A stretch of DNA of 56,939 nt, counting the filler, from Sphacelaria rigidula (taxonomy: Eukaryota): the NCBI GenBank assembly GCA_964200075.2. It is 6 parts of 6 records of this genome, joined end to end, with 100 filler letters (N's around TTAATTAATTAA, not from the genome) between each part and the next. Parts side by side here need not be neighbours in the genome. Positions count along the whole stretch, not along the records: positions 19,015 to 28,421 come from CAXNAA020008575.1; positions 28,522 to 37,928 come from CAXNAA020008576.1; 4 more parts are not named here. The stretch is one strand, 5' to 3'. Of this stretch, positions 23,401 through 35,821 are shown one piece after another. Each line of letters opens with the position of its first letter. The first letter of the stretch is position 1. A model generated the notes under the pieces. That model was not told the origin of the DNA. It worked only from the letters and a program-made list of their open reading frames with translations, and did no database searches. The position numbers and the translations under genes were made by a program.

Positions 23401-25774
23401 AAGCGCCGCGGAGGTGTTGAGGCGGAACACATCCGCTGGCGCTAGCGCGGCAAGCCCTACCGCTTCCCCGCATCTGCAAGCCCATGACCCAACTAGACTG
23501 CAGGAGGAGTGGCCCTCGCTTGCAGACACTGCGGCGCCAGCGCCGGCACCCGCACCAACCCCGCAGACGACAAACCGGCGGAACCGCCGGAAGAAAGAGA
23601 AGCAAACGGCACAGCTGTTCCCGCCGCAAATCACGGAAGAAGTAGCGTCGCCCCCTGTTGTGCCTGTGTCGCCTCCCCAGGATCCTGAGCCTGTGCAGGA
23701 ATCGACGCCACCGGCGCCCCAGACACCCACCGTTGTAACTGCAGCCTCAGCTGCGGAGGCTTCAGCCGGGCCTACGACCCCGGCCCCGGCTCCTATCCAG
23801 ACGGCACAACCTCCTGCGGCGTCGCCGCCTACAGCAGTAGCATCAACCACAGTGAAACGACCTCCGCCACGTAACCCTGCGTCTGCGTCACAATTCGTTG
23901 GATCGGATCTGAATACGCCTTTGTGTGCGATGGGAATTAGTTCTCTCGAGAAAACAGGCCGACGTCCGCAAGGAGCAGCAGCGGAAGCGCTGTCCAGAAC
24001 GTCGTCTGTGCAGGAGACAGAGTCGACGTCGGTGAGCCCAAGAGAGTCGTCGTCGTCCATGTTCTCCAACCCGTTTTTCAGCACCAACGGTGCCACGTCG
24101 GCGACCACGTCCAGTTCTCCCGCGCCGCCAGGGTTCGGCGATCTTCCTCCCGCGTCTGTCGTAACTACTGCTGTGCCGGCAGGCACGACGTCCCCGGCGG
24201 TGCCTGCGGCCGCCCCCACCGCCAACGCAGCACCAGCGACACTCTCTTCGCCGCGAGTCGATGCTGGGAATCAACCTGGGCAATCGTTGCTCGGTGAGCA
24301 TTTTGGAGGTACTGACTTATTCAACGGAGGCATGTTTTCGTCGTCGGCGATCGCAGGGGGACTATTCGCTGGCGACCCGGGGGTGGGGGCGACCTGTCAA
24401 GCCGGAAAAATGGACCCCGTATCCACCGTTGACTTGGGTACCTCGCCGGCCGCCGGCGACGTGACCCAGGGCTTGCGCGCCGAACGATCATCGCCCTCGC
24501 AGGGGGACCGGGGGGCGTCGCCGTTGGTACCGGCAACTGACGTGAACGTGTCGTTTGATGGCTTGCTCAAACCGACGATACCGGTGCCTGGCAAACAGCC
24601 AACAGAGGGTACATCGATGCCAATGTCGTCCGGCTCAATGCGTACTCGTGATTGTGGTATAGCCGCATCATCGGCCGCGCCGCCTACCTCGGCTTCCAGT
24701 TCGTCTCCGTTCGGGGCTGCTTTTGGCGGTGGTCACTACGGTGGTGCATTCGGGAGTGCTTTATTTCCCGTGTCGTCGCACCAGGGGGGTGGTGGGATGC
24801 GTAGTAATGGGGTTCTCGAAGAAACAGGAGGCCCAGGGGCGGACCTCTCCGTTGATCCGTTTGCTAATTCGTCCGGTGCGTTAGCCGCGATGTTGGGAGT
24901 GACATTGCCTCCTGTGGATTCTCAGAGCTCGTTAGCGAGCAAGATGAGGTCGGGAGGTGGAGAATCTCGCCTGGCCTCCAGTCATGATATGTCTACACAC
25001 CGGACAATCTCGCCTTCGAGAAAGCGCTACGAAGACTTTGCGACGGATGATGGGCGTAATCGGGAGGGAGGCGGGCATGGCCGGGGGGGTCATAGGCAAG
25101 ATTTCGGGGGGACCGACGGGAGTTCAGGAGGAGCGAATGACCCAATGCAAGGATCTGGATTTGCGTTTGCTCAAGGTCTGAACCCAGGGCTACCCTTTTC
25201 ACCAGCTAGAGGCTCGCCCCCTATGGGACAGGGTGCACGTGGCTCTCCTGGCGGCGTGGGTAGCCCCCCTCACCATGGCGTACATCACCATCCTCACCAC
25301 CACCACCAGTCACACGCACATAGACCATTCGGTGCTGAGCGCCCTCTTTCTCCTCCGGAGCTTGGTGAGTATGCGGGGCCGGGTGATGGGCAGTTTCCTC
25401 CCCATCATCATCACCAACGCCACCATTTCCAGCAACAGCAGCAGCAGCAACCACAACGTCCGCAGCAGCAACAGCCGCAGCAAGGGTACTCTATTCAAAA
25501 TGGCATGGCTTTCTTGCAAAAAGTTTTACCTGGGGTATCACTGTCCTACGGTGATCGCCATCCGCCGGCGGGGGCCGGCGGAGGCCACGGTGGGCAGCAG
25601 GGGCAGGGCGCTGCAGCTGCTCCAAGTGCACGCGTTGGCTGGGGAGACAATGCAGCTGGCCAGAGGGTAGACCCAGCACAGGCGTTCGGATCTTCACTTT
25701 GGACAATGGCGCCCGCACCCAATGCCCCACGTCAGCCGCAAGGCAGCAGGGGCAGTGGATATGGTGCGTGGTGA
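20484..25774 (+). CDS. CNOT4: CCR4-NOT E3 ligase subunit NOT4/CNOT4, 5'-partial; join(<20484..20919,23297..25774)
   Basis: End of the RRM plus C3H1 finger: FWVDGRQVRSNFGTTKYCATYLRNSPCQNPDCLYLHELGDEEDRFTKEEI, the NOT4 signature. Acceptor ccgcag| at 20483, donor cag|gttggt at 20919, acceptor ccgcag| at 23296 in phase 0, then an ~825-aa low-complexity exon ending TGA. RING exons not found on this contig. Confidence 0.88.
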
Positions 25775-26882
25775 AATGTGGCTGGGGCTCATTTCACCGC
25801 GGCATGTTTGGCGGGGGGTGGAGGGGGGGTGAGGGACGGGGTTCGGCCTTGTCTCGTGTCTCGTTGTGTCTGTGGTCCGTCGTAAAAAGTGACGAAAATG
25901 AAAAATAGGTGTCATGGCTGGTTGAGGTTGCAGCGGGCAAACACGGGTCGGGATTTGTTCTGTGCTGCATATTAGGCGACAAGTCGGCGATGTTTGTCTC
26001 TCTGCGTGCCACCATGCGCTAGTTCTTCGCCGCGGCTATTCATGCTGCGCGATGAGATGACTAGAAGCAGTCAAAGGTTAGTAGTGAGCGCCGGAAAAAA
26101 TGTTCCGGTTGTATTCTACTACAGCACGAGGAAGACCGAAGCTACGCGCTCTTTCCGGCAGGTTTGCTCTGCTGTTGTGTCTAGATACAGCCCCGCTGGC
26201 GTTGATTTGTGTTTGACGAGGGGAAGATAATGTCATGGAGTTACCTGACGTTGCGATGTCGATCGAGGCATCGTGCTGTCACAGTTCGACTAAGTCGAGC
26301 TATGGACACGAGCGTTGTTCGTTCAGCTGAAGACAGGAGCTATCCAACGCGTATTTACGCCGTCGTTATGCTTTTTGTGAGCTTTACAGCAGCGACGAGA
26401 GCGGCATCCCATGGTACTCACCTATTACGGAGGTGCTTGTGGCACAATAATGATGGTACTGTAAGCAGCATGGAGGAATAAACCCGCATGTGCGTAGTAT
26501 CGCACAGTGTGGCATATATGGGGCGAGTCGAACACGACTTATCGGTCACGAGAGCTTGAATGTATATTTTGTCTACCTGTCGTACGCAACGTTCTTCTTT
26601 CCTCGGTTTTGGATGCTGCATCGCCAATAACAACCTCCTCGCCAGATTGAGTGTCGAGAGTTCAAGTTACAAGGATAACTCAAGCAATCGGGAATCCTGG
26701 TCCACTTATCCACTAGTATTTCTTGGGGGATACCTCGCCGAGCACGATGAGGAGCGGCTCGAACCAAAGCTCTCGGTCGTGGGATGAATCCGATGTGAAT
26801 CATTTTTGTGTCGGCCTCGTCAATCAGCAGAAATGAATCGAGAACTCCGTATATCCAGAATTGATCGATTAATGCCTGAAAT

Positions 26883-27086
26883 AATTTCACTGCAGAAACA
26901 CCTCTCCAGGCCTTCGTCGTTTTCTGTAGCAGCTTGCACTGAAGCCTCTGGTATTGTTGAGTAGGATGTTGACGTGTAGCTGAAAAAATTTCACTGCAGA
27001 AACACCTCTCCAGGCCTTCGTCGATTTCTGTAGCAGCTTGCACTGAAGCCTCTGGTATTGTTGAGTAGGATGTCGACGTGTAGCTG
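26883..27086. repeat. Tandem duplication of a 104-bp unit inside a degenerate repeat element
   Basis: aatttcactgcagaaacacctctccaggcc...gacgtgtagctg occurs at 26883 and 26987 with about 2 substitutions. Confidence 0.9.
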
Positions 27087-27859
27087 TAAGCACACGAAAT
27101 CGGTACAGGTGGGGAAAAAAATGCACCACCACATTACATGGAACATGAAAAATGGTGGAAGTCTTGGAGCGGATGATACACCAGGAGATCCTGAAGAGTG
27201 GAAACGAAATTTTCTGATGGGAAGGAACAGAGGTCGAAATTGCAGATGATACTGTTGAACTTATCATATTACCCGTCAAACGCACCTTGAACACTGATCC
27301 TCAGTCAAATCCTCGACACTAAATCTGGCGAAAAATGAAGGTAGTTGTGTTGTTCAGTCAAAAAGTGAAATGAATGTGATGGCCGCCTTTATTGCGCACT
27401 TCACCGCTTACACTATGGACTTGGTGATGCTGACTGCTCCTACCTAACGCCCAAATATGGGACAATCGTGTGGGATCTCAGGCGAGGAGAGATCCTCCGA
27501 GGTAGGTACTGATCGGATTGTGAAGGAGTGGGGGAGTCACATGGAGCATCAGTGAGCAGGCTGGTCACTGGTTACCCGTGCGTATATCGCAGTTGAACGG
27601 TGGGTCAGTTGCTGATTCGGCATCACTTACACCCACGAAATCAATGGGAAACCAGATGACCAACCCCGACAATTCAACGGTTGCCGCCTGGCTCGTCAAT
27701 GACTTCATCATACTGGCCAATCACCCCGGTGGCTCGGTTGGTAACCTCGAAACCCTCTGGCGATTGGGTCGTGAGTTCAATTCTCGGAGCGATCTGGGAC
27801 TGTTTTTCGCACCATGCCCAACAGGCAGTGGAGAGCGGGTATGTTGTGGGTACACAAAA

Positions 27860-28077
27860 TTCGACTGAACTGTCGACGAGGCAAGGGGACTGCCGGGCCC
27901 CTCTCGCGATAAAAAATATAAGGCAAGCACCGCAGAAGTGGGGGTACTAAATTGAAAATATGAGAAGAATTTTTTTTTTCCATGTTTACCTTCCTCATGT
28001 GTGATCCCGGCTGGTGCGCCCACATATTATATATATACCGAAAGGTGTAGACCGGCATCCATAATAGATGGGACGAC
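27860..28077 (+). repeat. Dispersed repeat, copy 1 (paralogue at 28559-28767)
   Basis: Shared blocks ttcgact.aactgtcgacgagg, cccctctcgcgataaaaaat, ggcaagcaccgcagaag, ctggtgcgcccacat, taccgaaaggtgtagaccggc. Confidence 0.85.
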
Positions 28078-28421
28078 AACACTGGCTGGGTGCTCTCGTG
28101 TTTAATTTTGGATTTTCACCTCTGTAGTCCTCATCATGCTGTACTTTCATATGTCTACTGTCATTGTTACCCTGTGTAACAACTGACTGCTGTCGTGTTG
28201 AACGCTATTATTATACGCCCTTTCCTTGGATCAGCGAACACATACTGTAGCATCATTCTTGGCATCTAGTTTGCTTTGAAAAAGCAGCATGATAATAATG
28301 AGCTTCCCCCGCTCTCTGCACCTATCACCTCTCTTGTTCATGGGTATCGGCAGGGGGCAGCGAAAAAAATTCAGGACACGTAGGCCCCAAGATCGAAAAT
28401 TCGAGTTTCTGAGGGGGGGGG

Positions 28422-28521
28422 NNNNNNNNNNNNNNNNNNNNNNNNNNNNNNNNNNNNNNNNNNNNTTAATTAATTAANNNNNNNNNNNNNNNNNNNNNNN
28501 NNNNNNNNNNNNNNNNNNNNN
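28422..28521. other. Artificial contig linker
   Basis: N44-TTAATTAATTAA-N44. Confidence 0.98.
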
Positions 28522-28558
28522 GCTATCCCCGTCTCGTTGAATACGCGACAGCAGTATA

Positions 28559-28767
28559 TTCGACTTAACTGTCGACGAGGGAAAGGGGCTGCTGAACCCC
28601 TCTCGCGATAAAAAATAAAGGCAAGCACCGCAGAAGAAAGATGGAGTACTAAAAACGAACACATGAGGAAAAAACCTCCTGTGTTGACCTTCCTCCTGTG
28701 TGACCCCGACTGGTGCGCCCACATGTACCGAAAGGTGTAGACCGGCGTCCAGAATACATGGGACAAC
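28559..28767 (+). repeat. Dispersed repeat, copy 2 (paralogue at 27860-28077)
   Basis: Same conserved blocks as copy 1, on a different contig. Confidence 0.85.
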
Positions 28768-30139
28768 TCACACACAGTATCGTAAACACAGCCTCCGGAT
28801 ACCAACCCGGCACAGTAGATAGCGTTGGGCACACAGGCAGTGCACCTCGGCGCCCGCTAGTCATTCACAAGTGTTGCACATGTCGGCGTCTGGTACAGCA
28901 CTATTGAGTTGAGACAGTTGAGGGTTGTACTACTACTGTACTGTTGCCCTGTCTGTAGACAGTTTTGTATACTTTCGGTAGGAAGTGTTCTGTACTGTAC
29001 CACTCAGACTGTCTGTAGTACTGTACTACTGTTGTCTGTAGTACAAGTGTGCACATGCCTATGTGTGTCCGTTTGCATACTTTGAGAAATTACAGTAGTT
29101 CTCGATAAAGGTTCACCACACGCAGTAATCCTATATGCGTGAAGGTGAGAGGGGGGACAGACACACCTGTCGACCGGGCTAAAGATGAAGTGGAAGGGCT
29201 GAAGTGGGCCACCCATGCAGCCGCTACGGGAATCTCGACAAAATGGCCACCCAACGGTGGTGTAGCTGCGCGAGCTAAGGCAAGCTTCACGTTGGGTTGC
29301 CATTTCGTCAAGTCCTCATAGCAGCTGCTTGAGCGGCCGACTCCCGCCCTTTCGCATCATCACAAGCCACGTCGACTGGTGTCTCGGCTCCCCCGTTCGC
29401 CTCCAAGTGTTCCTCGTAGTTTTGGTTCACCCTTGTGAACGAGCTACCATCACCAGTGCTGTCGCGGGCGTTCACGACATCCGCCACCGCCTCACTTATG
29501 ATATTTGTCCTACGGCTGTGTCCTGTAACCTTGGTCGTTACGGGGCAGGGTGTCTAGTTCCGTTTCATAGCCCTGGGTTAAGCCCCAACGCTTTGGGGTG
29601 TCGAGCAACTCAGTTTTTTTTTTTNNNNNNNNNGGGGTTTACCTAGGGGAATTCGTCATATCCTGGCCTTAAATCCCAACTTTCTTAATAATCCATGAGT
29701 TTTTCCTTAGCCCTGAGTTCTGATTTGTGTTTCAGAAACTCTCTAATATCAATAGTCCAGAGTTCCAGTACCAACTTCAAGCGCGATAATTGAATATGCT
29801 GGGCCGCTTCATACGAAAAGTGCATCCGTGCGTGCTGTGTATACGCAGAAAAGTTGGGTGAGTTCGACAGCGATTTTGGCCTGAAAACGGGAAATATCGC
29901 CGCTACGTCTCTTGCAGAATATTCTTCTCACTAAGAGGAGTACAGCTCACTTGACAAGAATCCAAGAGCAAATGGGGATATGTGAAGACGACGTGGGAAT
30001 GTTACAAAATCACACCGTAATCCGCCTCGTAGGGGGGGTTAGACTTCCCTCCGTGAGACGATGCCTGGCGCAAGGCATGGAAACTTGGGGCGGCGTTATT
30101 TCCTGTTTTGGGAACAGAACTGCCACTTGTGCAACATTA

Positions 30140-30487
30140 GACCATCTTGTATGGCAACCAATCCGTATTTGTACAAATATGAGGATTTCAGCCCGTGTAA
30201 ATCCGATTCTCGCCCGTGGATTGATTTTTCGGACCCCAGTCCGTTGGGCAATGTTTTTCGCCTAGCTCTGAGGAAACCGGATCGATTCTCCGATTCTCTG
30301 GACGCTGATTTTTTTCATCACCTTTCTGCTCAGATCGGGAGACTCCCGCATCTCCCCCGAATTGGGGCAAAAACATCGCCCAACGGACTGGGGTCCGAAA
30401 AATCAATCCACGGGCGAGAATCGAATTTACACGGGCTGAAATCCTCATATTTGTACAAATACGGATTGGTTGCCATACAAGATGGTC
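30140..30487. mobile_element. PIF/Harbinger-type (Tourist-like) MITE, 348 bp
   Basis: Near-perfect ~118-bp TIRs (GACCATCTTGTATGGCAACC...GGTTGCCATACAAGATGGTC, 2 mismatches) and a TTA target-site duplication at 30137-30139 and 30488-30490. Confidence 0.9.
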
Positions 30488-30681
30488 TTAGAACACACAA
30501 GGAATGAAACGACAAATTTCACGTAAAAGCGGCCTTACCGTGTGGTAAAGCTTATCTGCCGTTTAGAGACAGTATTTCCGCGGTATAGTGGCGTGCATAT
30601 TTCGGACTTGATCATCCTACTGGAATATATCGGATCAACGTGCACTGAAACCAGGGCAGCACGTAACACCGATCGGCTCAC

Positions 30682-32797
30682 CTTAAACACATTCCCCATC
30701 TCCAACAAGCTCGCGTTCAGATGCTTCTCGTAGTATGTTGGCAACCAGTTCATCAGAACATAAACCGCATAGTGAAACGCAAAGTTGGTGGAAACAATTG
30801 CCCACACCGCCGGGCTTTTAAGCATCGCCCCCCACGGGATACTCGCCGTCGCCGACATTCCTCTCTTCGCCCCGCCCCCGTTTCCTCCTCCAACAGCCGG
30901 CCCGGCGACCGTAACGATATTAATTTTCGTCTCGAGAGGCGGACTAGGGGTGGTCCTCAGGCTGGTAGAGCTGACGCGGGAGTGCGACATTGAGCCACCT
31001 CGTATCAGCGGTTGCAGAATAGGTTCTTCCTTCCTTGGCATCAAACTGTCTGTATCTTTGTCGCCCCTCGTCCACCCTCCCGTGCTTTCCCCACTCCCGT
31101 TCTCGTCGCTCTCTTGCGACTCTGCCGAAGAAGGCGAGGGGTTTCCATTCCCGGTTTCACTTGTCTCGGGTCGGTCAGAGCCGACCTGTGACCACAAGGC
31201 AAGCCACAAGAACGCCAGCAGACCCACGCAACGGAACTCCCCCACGGGGCCGAGGTGCCCGACGATGCACGGGAACACTATCATTGACATACCTTGACCA
31301 AGGTACCTAGGCACACATGGCGGTGGGAAGGGTAATGATGTGGGTTGTTGGTAAACAAGCGCCAAATGTTTTCAGGGGGAAAAAGAATGGTATCGGCCGT
31401 CGCATTCACAGGAAGAGCTACGAGTAGCTGCTGAGAAAGAAAGGCTTGTGCCACGAGTATCGTGGCCGAAATCACTCCAGAAAAAGCGTGAAACCCCGTG
31501 AAGAAACATCATCTAGGAGGGAAAAAATAAACAAAAGAGATACCCGTGTCTGCGCTGAGTCTTTCGTTTGAAAATCCGGAACTTTCCCCTTCAGGCTTAT
31601 AAACGTGACTGCGGGTCGGGAAAGTTCCAGTGCAGATGTCCAGATCCATAGGCCGCAAGCCCGGTCCGCAGCGCTATACGAGTAGGGAAGCAAGCTCGGG
31701 GCAGATCCTGATAATACGATTTCAATATTCTGGCATGTGCTTTGAATGTTCCTCAGGCCCGATTTCATCGCTGGACATACATGTTGAGCGCGTTGTACCA
31801 GCTTTGCAGCAAAAATGAAAATTTACGTTTGAAATTAACAGAGAACGACGGTGACCAAGCAGAACCGACACTACTTCTACATGTTTCTTGGCTTTGTCGA
31901 CCTTGCGAGCCCAATACTTGGATGGGCCCAGGGGTCTGTCGGGATAATATTTTCGGACACGTAGCCCCCCCTCCCCCCCCTCCCCCCTTCCCCATGACGG
32001 GAGCCTTCATTACGCGTACGATTGATGAACGGGGTGTTGACTCTACTGAATATATCCCTCAGTATTAATCGATTTTCGACATCTTATTCTCATCGAAGAG
32101 ACGTGGCCAAAAGGAAAGGGAATGGAGAAGAGAGGCAACCATGTAGCAAACCAGTCTGTTGCGGCGAGTCGGCGGAGCGAAGGCTGAAAGTCGCAGCTAG
32201 CTTATATAGTAGTCTGCCCGCAGTGCGCTTACAAACAACGGAACACAGAGAGCAATCACCGAAACACGACATGGTTGGAGACAACCACATAAACTTCCCG
32301 CAAAGAAACGAGAGTTTGGACGCTTGAGCTTACATGCCGGACATCGCCAGGGAGACCAGTCGACTGCGCTCGTGCACCGGTATCCACTGGGCTAGCAGCG
32401 TGTGACAGGCGGGAATGAACATGCCCTGGCTGACTCCGATCACCATTCGGCACCCCGTGATGACCGCCGTATTTCTGCCCACCACCGTGCCGGGCATAAT
32501 AAGCGAGGTTAGACCCCACAGAGCGAAGGATACCTGCAAGATGCGAAATCCTCCACACCGGGCGGCCAGCCAGCCTCCAGGGACTTGCATGGCGGAGTAC
32601 CCGAAAAAAAAACTAGACAGGACACGTCCCTTTACTTCTTCGCTTAGCTGGGAATGGTTAGCAAGCACCGTGAACGCGATGGGGAAGCCCTGCCTCTCCA
32701 TGTAGCAAACCAAGGTACAAAGAAAGATCATCCACGTTATCGCGTGGTGGAGTAGTAGGCCTCCAATGCGCTTTGTCGGCATCACGTGGTCTTTCAT
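30682..32797 (-). CDS. MFS anion:cation symporter (SLC17/PHT4-like), 3'-partial; complement join(32334..32797,30682..31306)
   Basis: Motifs LVCYMERQG, GRVLSSFFFGYSAMQVPGGWLAAR, RMVIGVSQG, LLAQWIPVHERSR, IPWGAMLKSPAVWAI, WLPTYY. Phase-2 intron AT|gtaagc...cctag|G and next donor AAG|gtgagc. The start codon is uncertain and the last TM helices were not found on this contig. Confidence 0.88.
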
Positions 32798-33553
32798 GGT
32801 GCCCTTAAACCGTATCTTCTGCCCTGGGTTTGGGTTTGGGCGACGCCCGAGGGCAAAGGCAGACACCGTCTGTTGGGCCTAATACTACTGCAACAGATCG
32901 TCACCACGCTAATATTTCGATGGACGAAGCTATTGGCGTCGCTGCTCTGCTGACTTTGACGGTGAAATGCCCGCCTGAGCTTTGGGATTGAAGATGATGA
33001 TGAGCACCGCCGGCAGGAAAGGCCACAAGCTGCGATTGTTCCACGGAGACAAGTCAGTACAGTTGCGCTGGTGGTGCTGTTTGATGTTTTTCAGTTCCAG
33101 TGCTCCAGCTTGAGTATTTTCATACGGGGATAGCTCCGAATGTTCACCATACACTGTCTCGCCTAGCACATGCGCGTGTTCTACGTCCCTAGTACTGTGG
33201 AGGCTGGTGTTGGACGAGGGAGGAGACAAGTGACGTCCTTAAATTACATGGTAACCGCGGGTATGACAAATGACCCTATTAGCGCGGATAGAAATCAAAT
33301 GACAAAAATCTGTCTCAGGCAGGGAGGGCAGGCTCACTTGAGCGTATGCTAGCTTAATCATACTTTAATTTGACAGTGTAATGAATGCGTTATTTATGAC
33401 GAGATGGCCGTCCATTGGGGATATTGTAATAAGTAAAATGAATTTTTGTATCTGTGACAACGGGTCTGAAAAGTATGGAGCTTATTCAAGCTACCCTCGC
33501 ATCGGTCCATTCCTTGCTGTGAGACACATCTGCACATTTCCTCGAGTGTAGAA

Positions 33554-35532
33554 ATGGAGTGGCTGAGGAACAAGCGGCGTACGGTGGACGTTGATACTAA
33601 GGAGGGAACAGTGCGGGGTTCCATTGTTTGGGATCGCGAGTTTCAGGAGGTGGTGGCCGTATTCAAGTGAGAACTGATGGAGATAAAATACGAGGAATGG
33701 GTCCATATGAACAATACTTTTGTTTTTTCGACTTCATGATGGGGTTTTCACACAACCTACCCTGACAGGTCGTTGATATTATGGCTCAACTCTGTTGATC
33801 TGCAGTGGGGCTGTAGACCAACAGAGCAGTGTATGACGATATTTCTTCTGATATTCTTATTCTTGCACGCATGTCTGTCATCTATTAGTCTAGCTCGCTG
33901 TATTAAGATATCCCCACATCCGGCATTGTGGTGCTGTCTTGATTGTGCAATGAAAGAAGTGTGGTGAGGTAGCATCCTAGAGCGGAGTACGTTCACCTGT
34001 CGCGTCGTGTGTTTTGGCCTCTTCCGTTACCCCGTCATGCGTTGTGACGCGCCGCCGCCTGTTTTTTGGCGTGCCTATCCCTTCTTCTTTGCAATCCTCT
34101 TTCCTCAACACTCCCCACTGAAAAACATAGCGGTATTCCGTACGCTCAGCCCCCCGTCGGCAAGCTTCGATGGCGCCCCCCACAGCCCATGCAGCCTTGG
34201 GAAGGGGTGAAGATTACGCGGCGATATGGCCCGGAGGTGAGAATCGTGTTGTGTGTTTCAGCGAGGTTGTTTGTGCGTTCACGTATGACTCGTCTCCTTG
34301 CAAAGTACAGTAACGTTTTCGCACCATGCTACAACAACAGTAGCAGTGTTTCAACTACTATGCCTACCCGTGGACTTTTATTTAGGCCCTTGAACTTGTA
34401 TCAAGATGTCATATTGCCCCGACCCGAAAGCGGAAGAGCGCGTACAGTACAGTACGGTGTATTACGGCGAAGTCTAACAAGCCGGATATCTCAAGGCGAA
34501 TGCCACACGCAAACGAGGAGCAATGCCAAGCTGAGAAGGCCATGCCGTCTCACACACAGCCTCGGCGGTTGTACGGGGCTACACAGTGTACCCTTGGCCA
34601 ATAGCCGTTCTACAAGGTGCCGTCAACGCGCAAACGTTCACAAGGAAAGATGCGGCGTAATGTTCATCACCGTTCATTCATTTTCTCCTTGGACCAAATA
34701 GCTGTTTCCTCATACGTTCTTGGACAGGCGACGGCCCCGTGGCGGTAGGTTTGAAGTTACCGCCGCCTCTCTGTATGTCGCCCGCTACCCTGCGCACCCC
34801 TCGTAGCCCCTACGTTACGCACCCAAAAACTCTCCTCCCCTCTACAACAACTTTTGCACGCACCACCAGGCCCCGCAGTTGGGCATGGAGTTCATGGGGT
34901 TCCTCCGCACGGTGGTGCAAAAGCACGCGTTCAACGTCGTGCAAACAAAGGCCTACATCCACGGCGCTCGGCTCTTGCGAACCCGGCTCGCTGCGCAACA
35001 GAGCGAGGACTGCCTGTACCTGAATATCCGCACCATAAGCCCGCGGGTGCTATCGAGAGCTAATTCTCGTTCCCCCCCGGCCGGCTCTTCCGGCAGCGGC
35101 CGTGCAACAGAAACAGCCGGTAACGATGACGAAAACATCAACGAATCACCAAGTGAGGGCGAAGGGGAAACCGACAGCAGCGGTGCGAACAGCAGCGACG
35201 ATGATGGCATGTTGGTAGATGCGAGTGCAAAGAGCGGAGCAGCAGGAGCAGCAGAGGGTGTAGCTGAGGCGAGGACTGGGGCTCGGGCTACTGCTGGTAA
35301 CACACCTTTGCCTGTGATCGTGTACTTTCACGGGGGCGACTACCACGATGGCGCGGGCGGGAGCAGGCCATTCTACGCGGCGAACGCGCTGCCCGTGAAG
35401 GGGAGGGTGGTGTTGGTCACCTTCAACTACCGGCTTGGCTTGCTGGGACACTTCACGCACCCGGAGCTTTCGAAAGAGGCGGAAGAGGAGGGGAGAGGGA
35501 GGGTGTCCGGAAACTACAGCATCCAAGACCAG
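33554..35532 (+). CDS. Type-B carboxylesterase/lipase (alpha/beta hydrolase), 3'-partial; join(33554..33666,34131..34236,34870..35532)
   Basis: The spliced frame reads MEWLRNKRRTVDVDTKEGTVRG..AVFN|GIPYAQPPVGKLRWRPP..YGPE|APQ..SEDCLYLNI..PVIVYFHGG..LVTFNYRLGLLG..GNYSIQDQ|. All junctions are GT-AG with matching phases. The GESAG exon is not on this contig. Confidence 0.92.
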
Positions 35533-35591
35533 GTGCGTGCGTATGCCTCTTCGATTGCGTCCTTCGTAAGCCGTCGCAGCTCAAAAACATT

Positions 35592-35821
35592 CACACCCTG
35601 AACACTTTGAAGTTGCGATAAAAATTTAGCGCGTAAAGTGTGGGCCTATTACAGTAATCGTCAGACCGACCGCAATAGAGTAAAAATGTATCGCGTAAAG
35701 TCTGAGCCTATTGCATCTATATTGATTATTAGACCGACCAACAATAGTTGCAATAGGCCTATACTTTACGCAATACATTTTTAATCTATGCAACTATTGA
35801 CCATATTTTGTCCAGGGTGTG
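35592..35821. mobile_element. Putative small CAC...GTG MITE in the carboxylesterase intron
   Basis: Termini CACACCCTG / CAGGGTGTG, with internal direct and inverted subrepeats of cgcgtaaagt..gcctatt. Confidence 0.5.

Noticed and set aside
23281..24225. 314-aa minus-strand ORF
   Set aside because: Antisense shadow of the GC-rich NOT4 exon.
11687..25774. Ubiquitin-ligase cluster of KLHDC10-like and NOT4 genes
   Set aside because: They are on different contigs separated by an artificial linker.
29625..29633. Short N run
   Set aside because: An ordinary intra-scaffold gap after a poly-T run, not a feature.
30061..30515. Paired near-identical ORFs on opposite strands
   Set aside because: A by-product of the MITE's inverted repeats.
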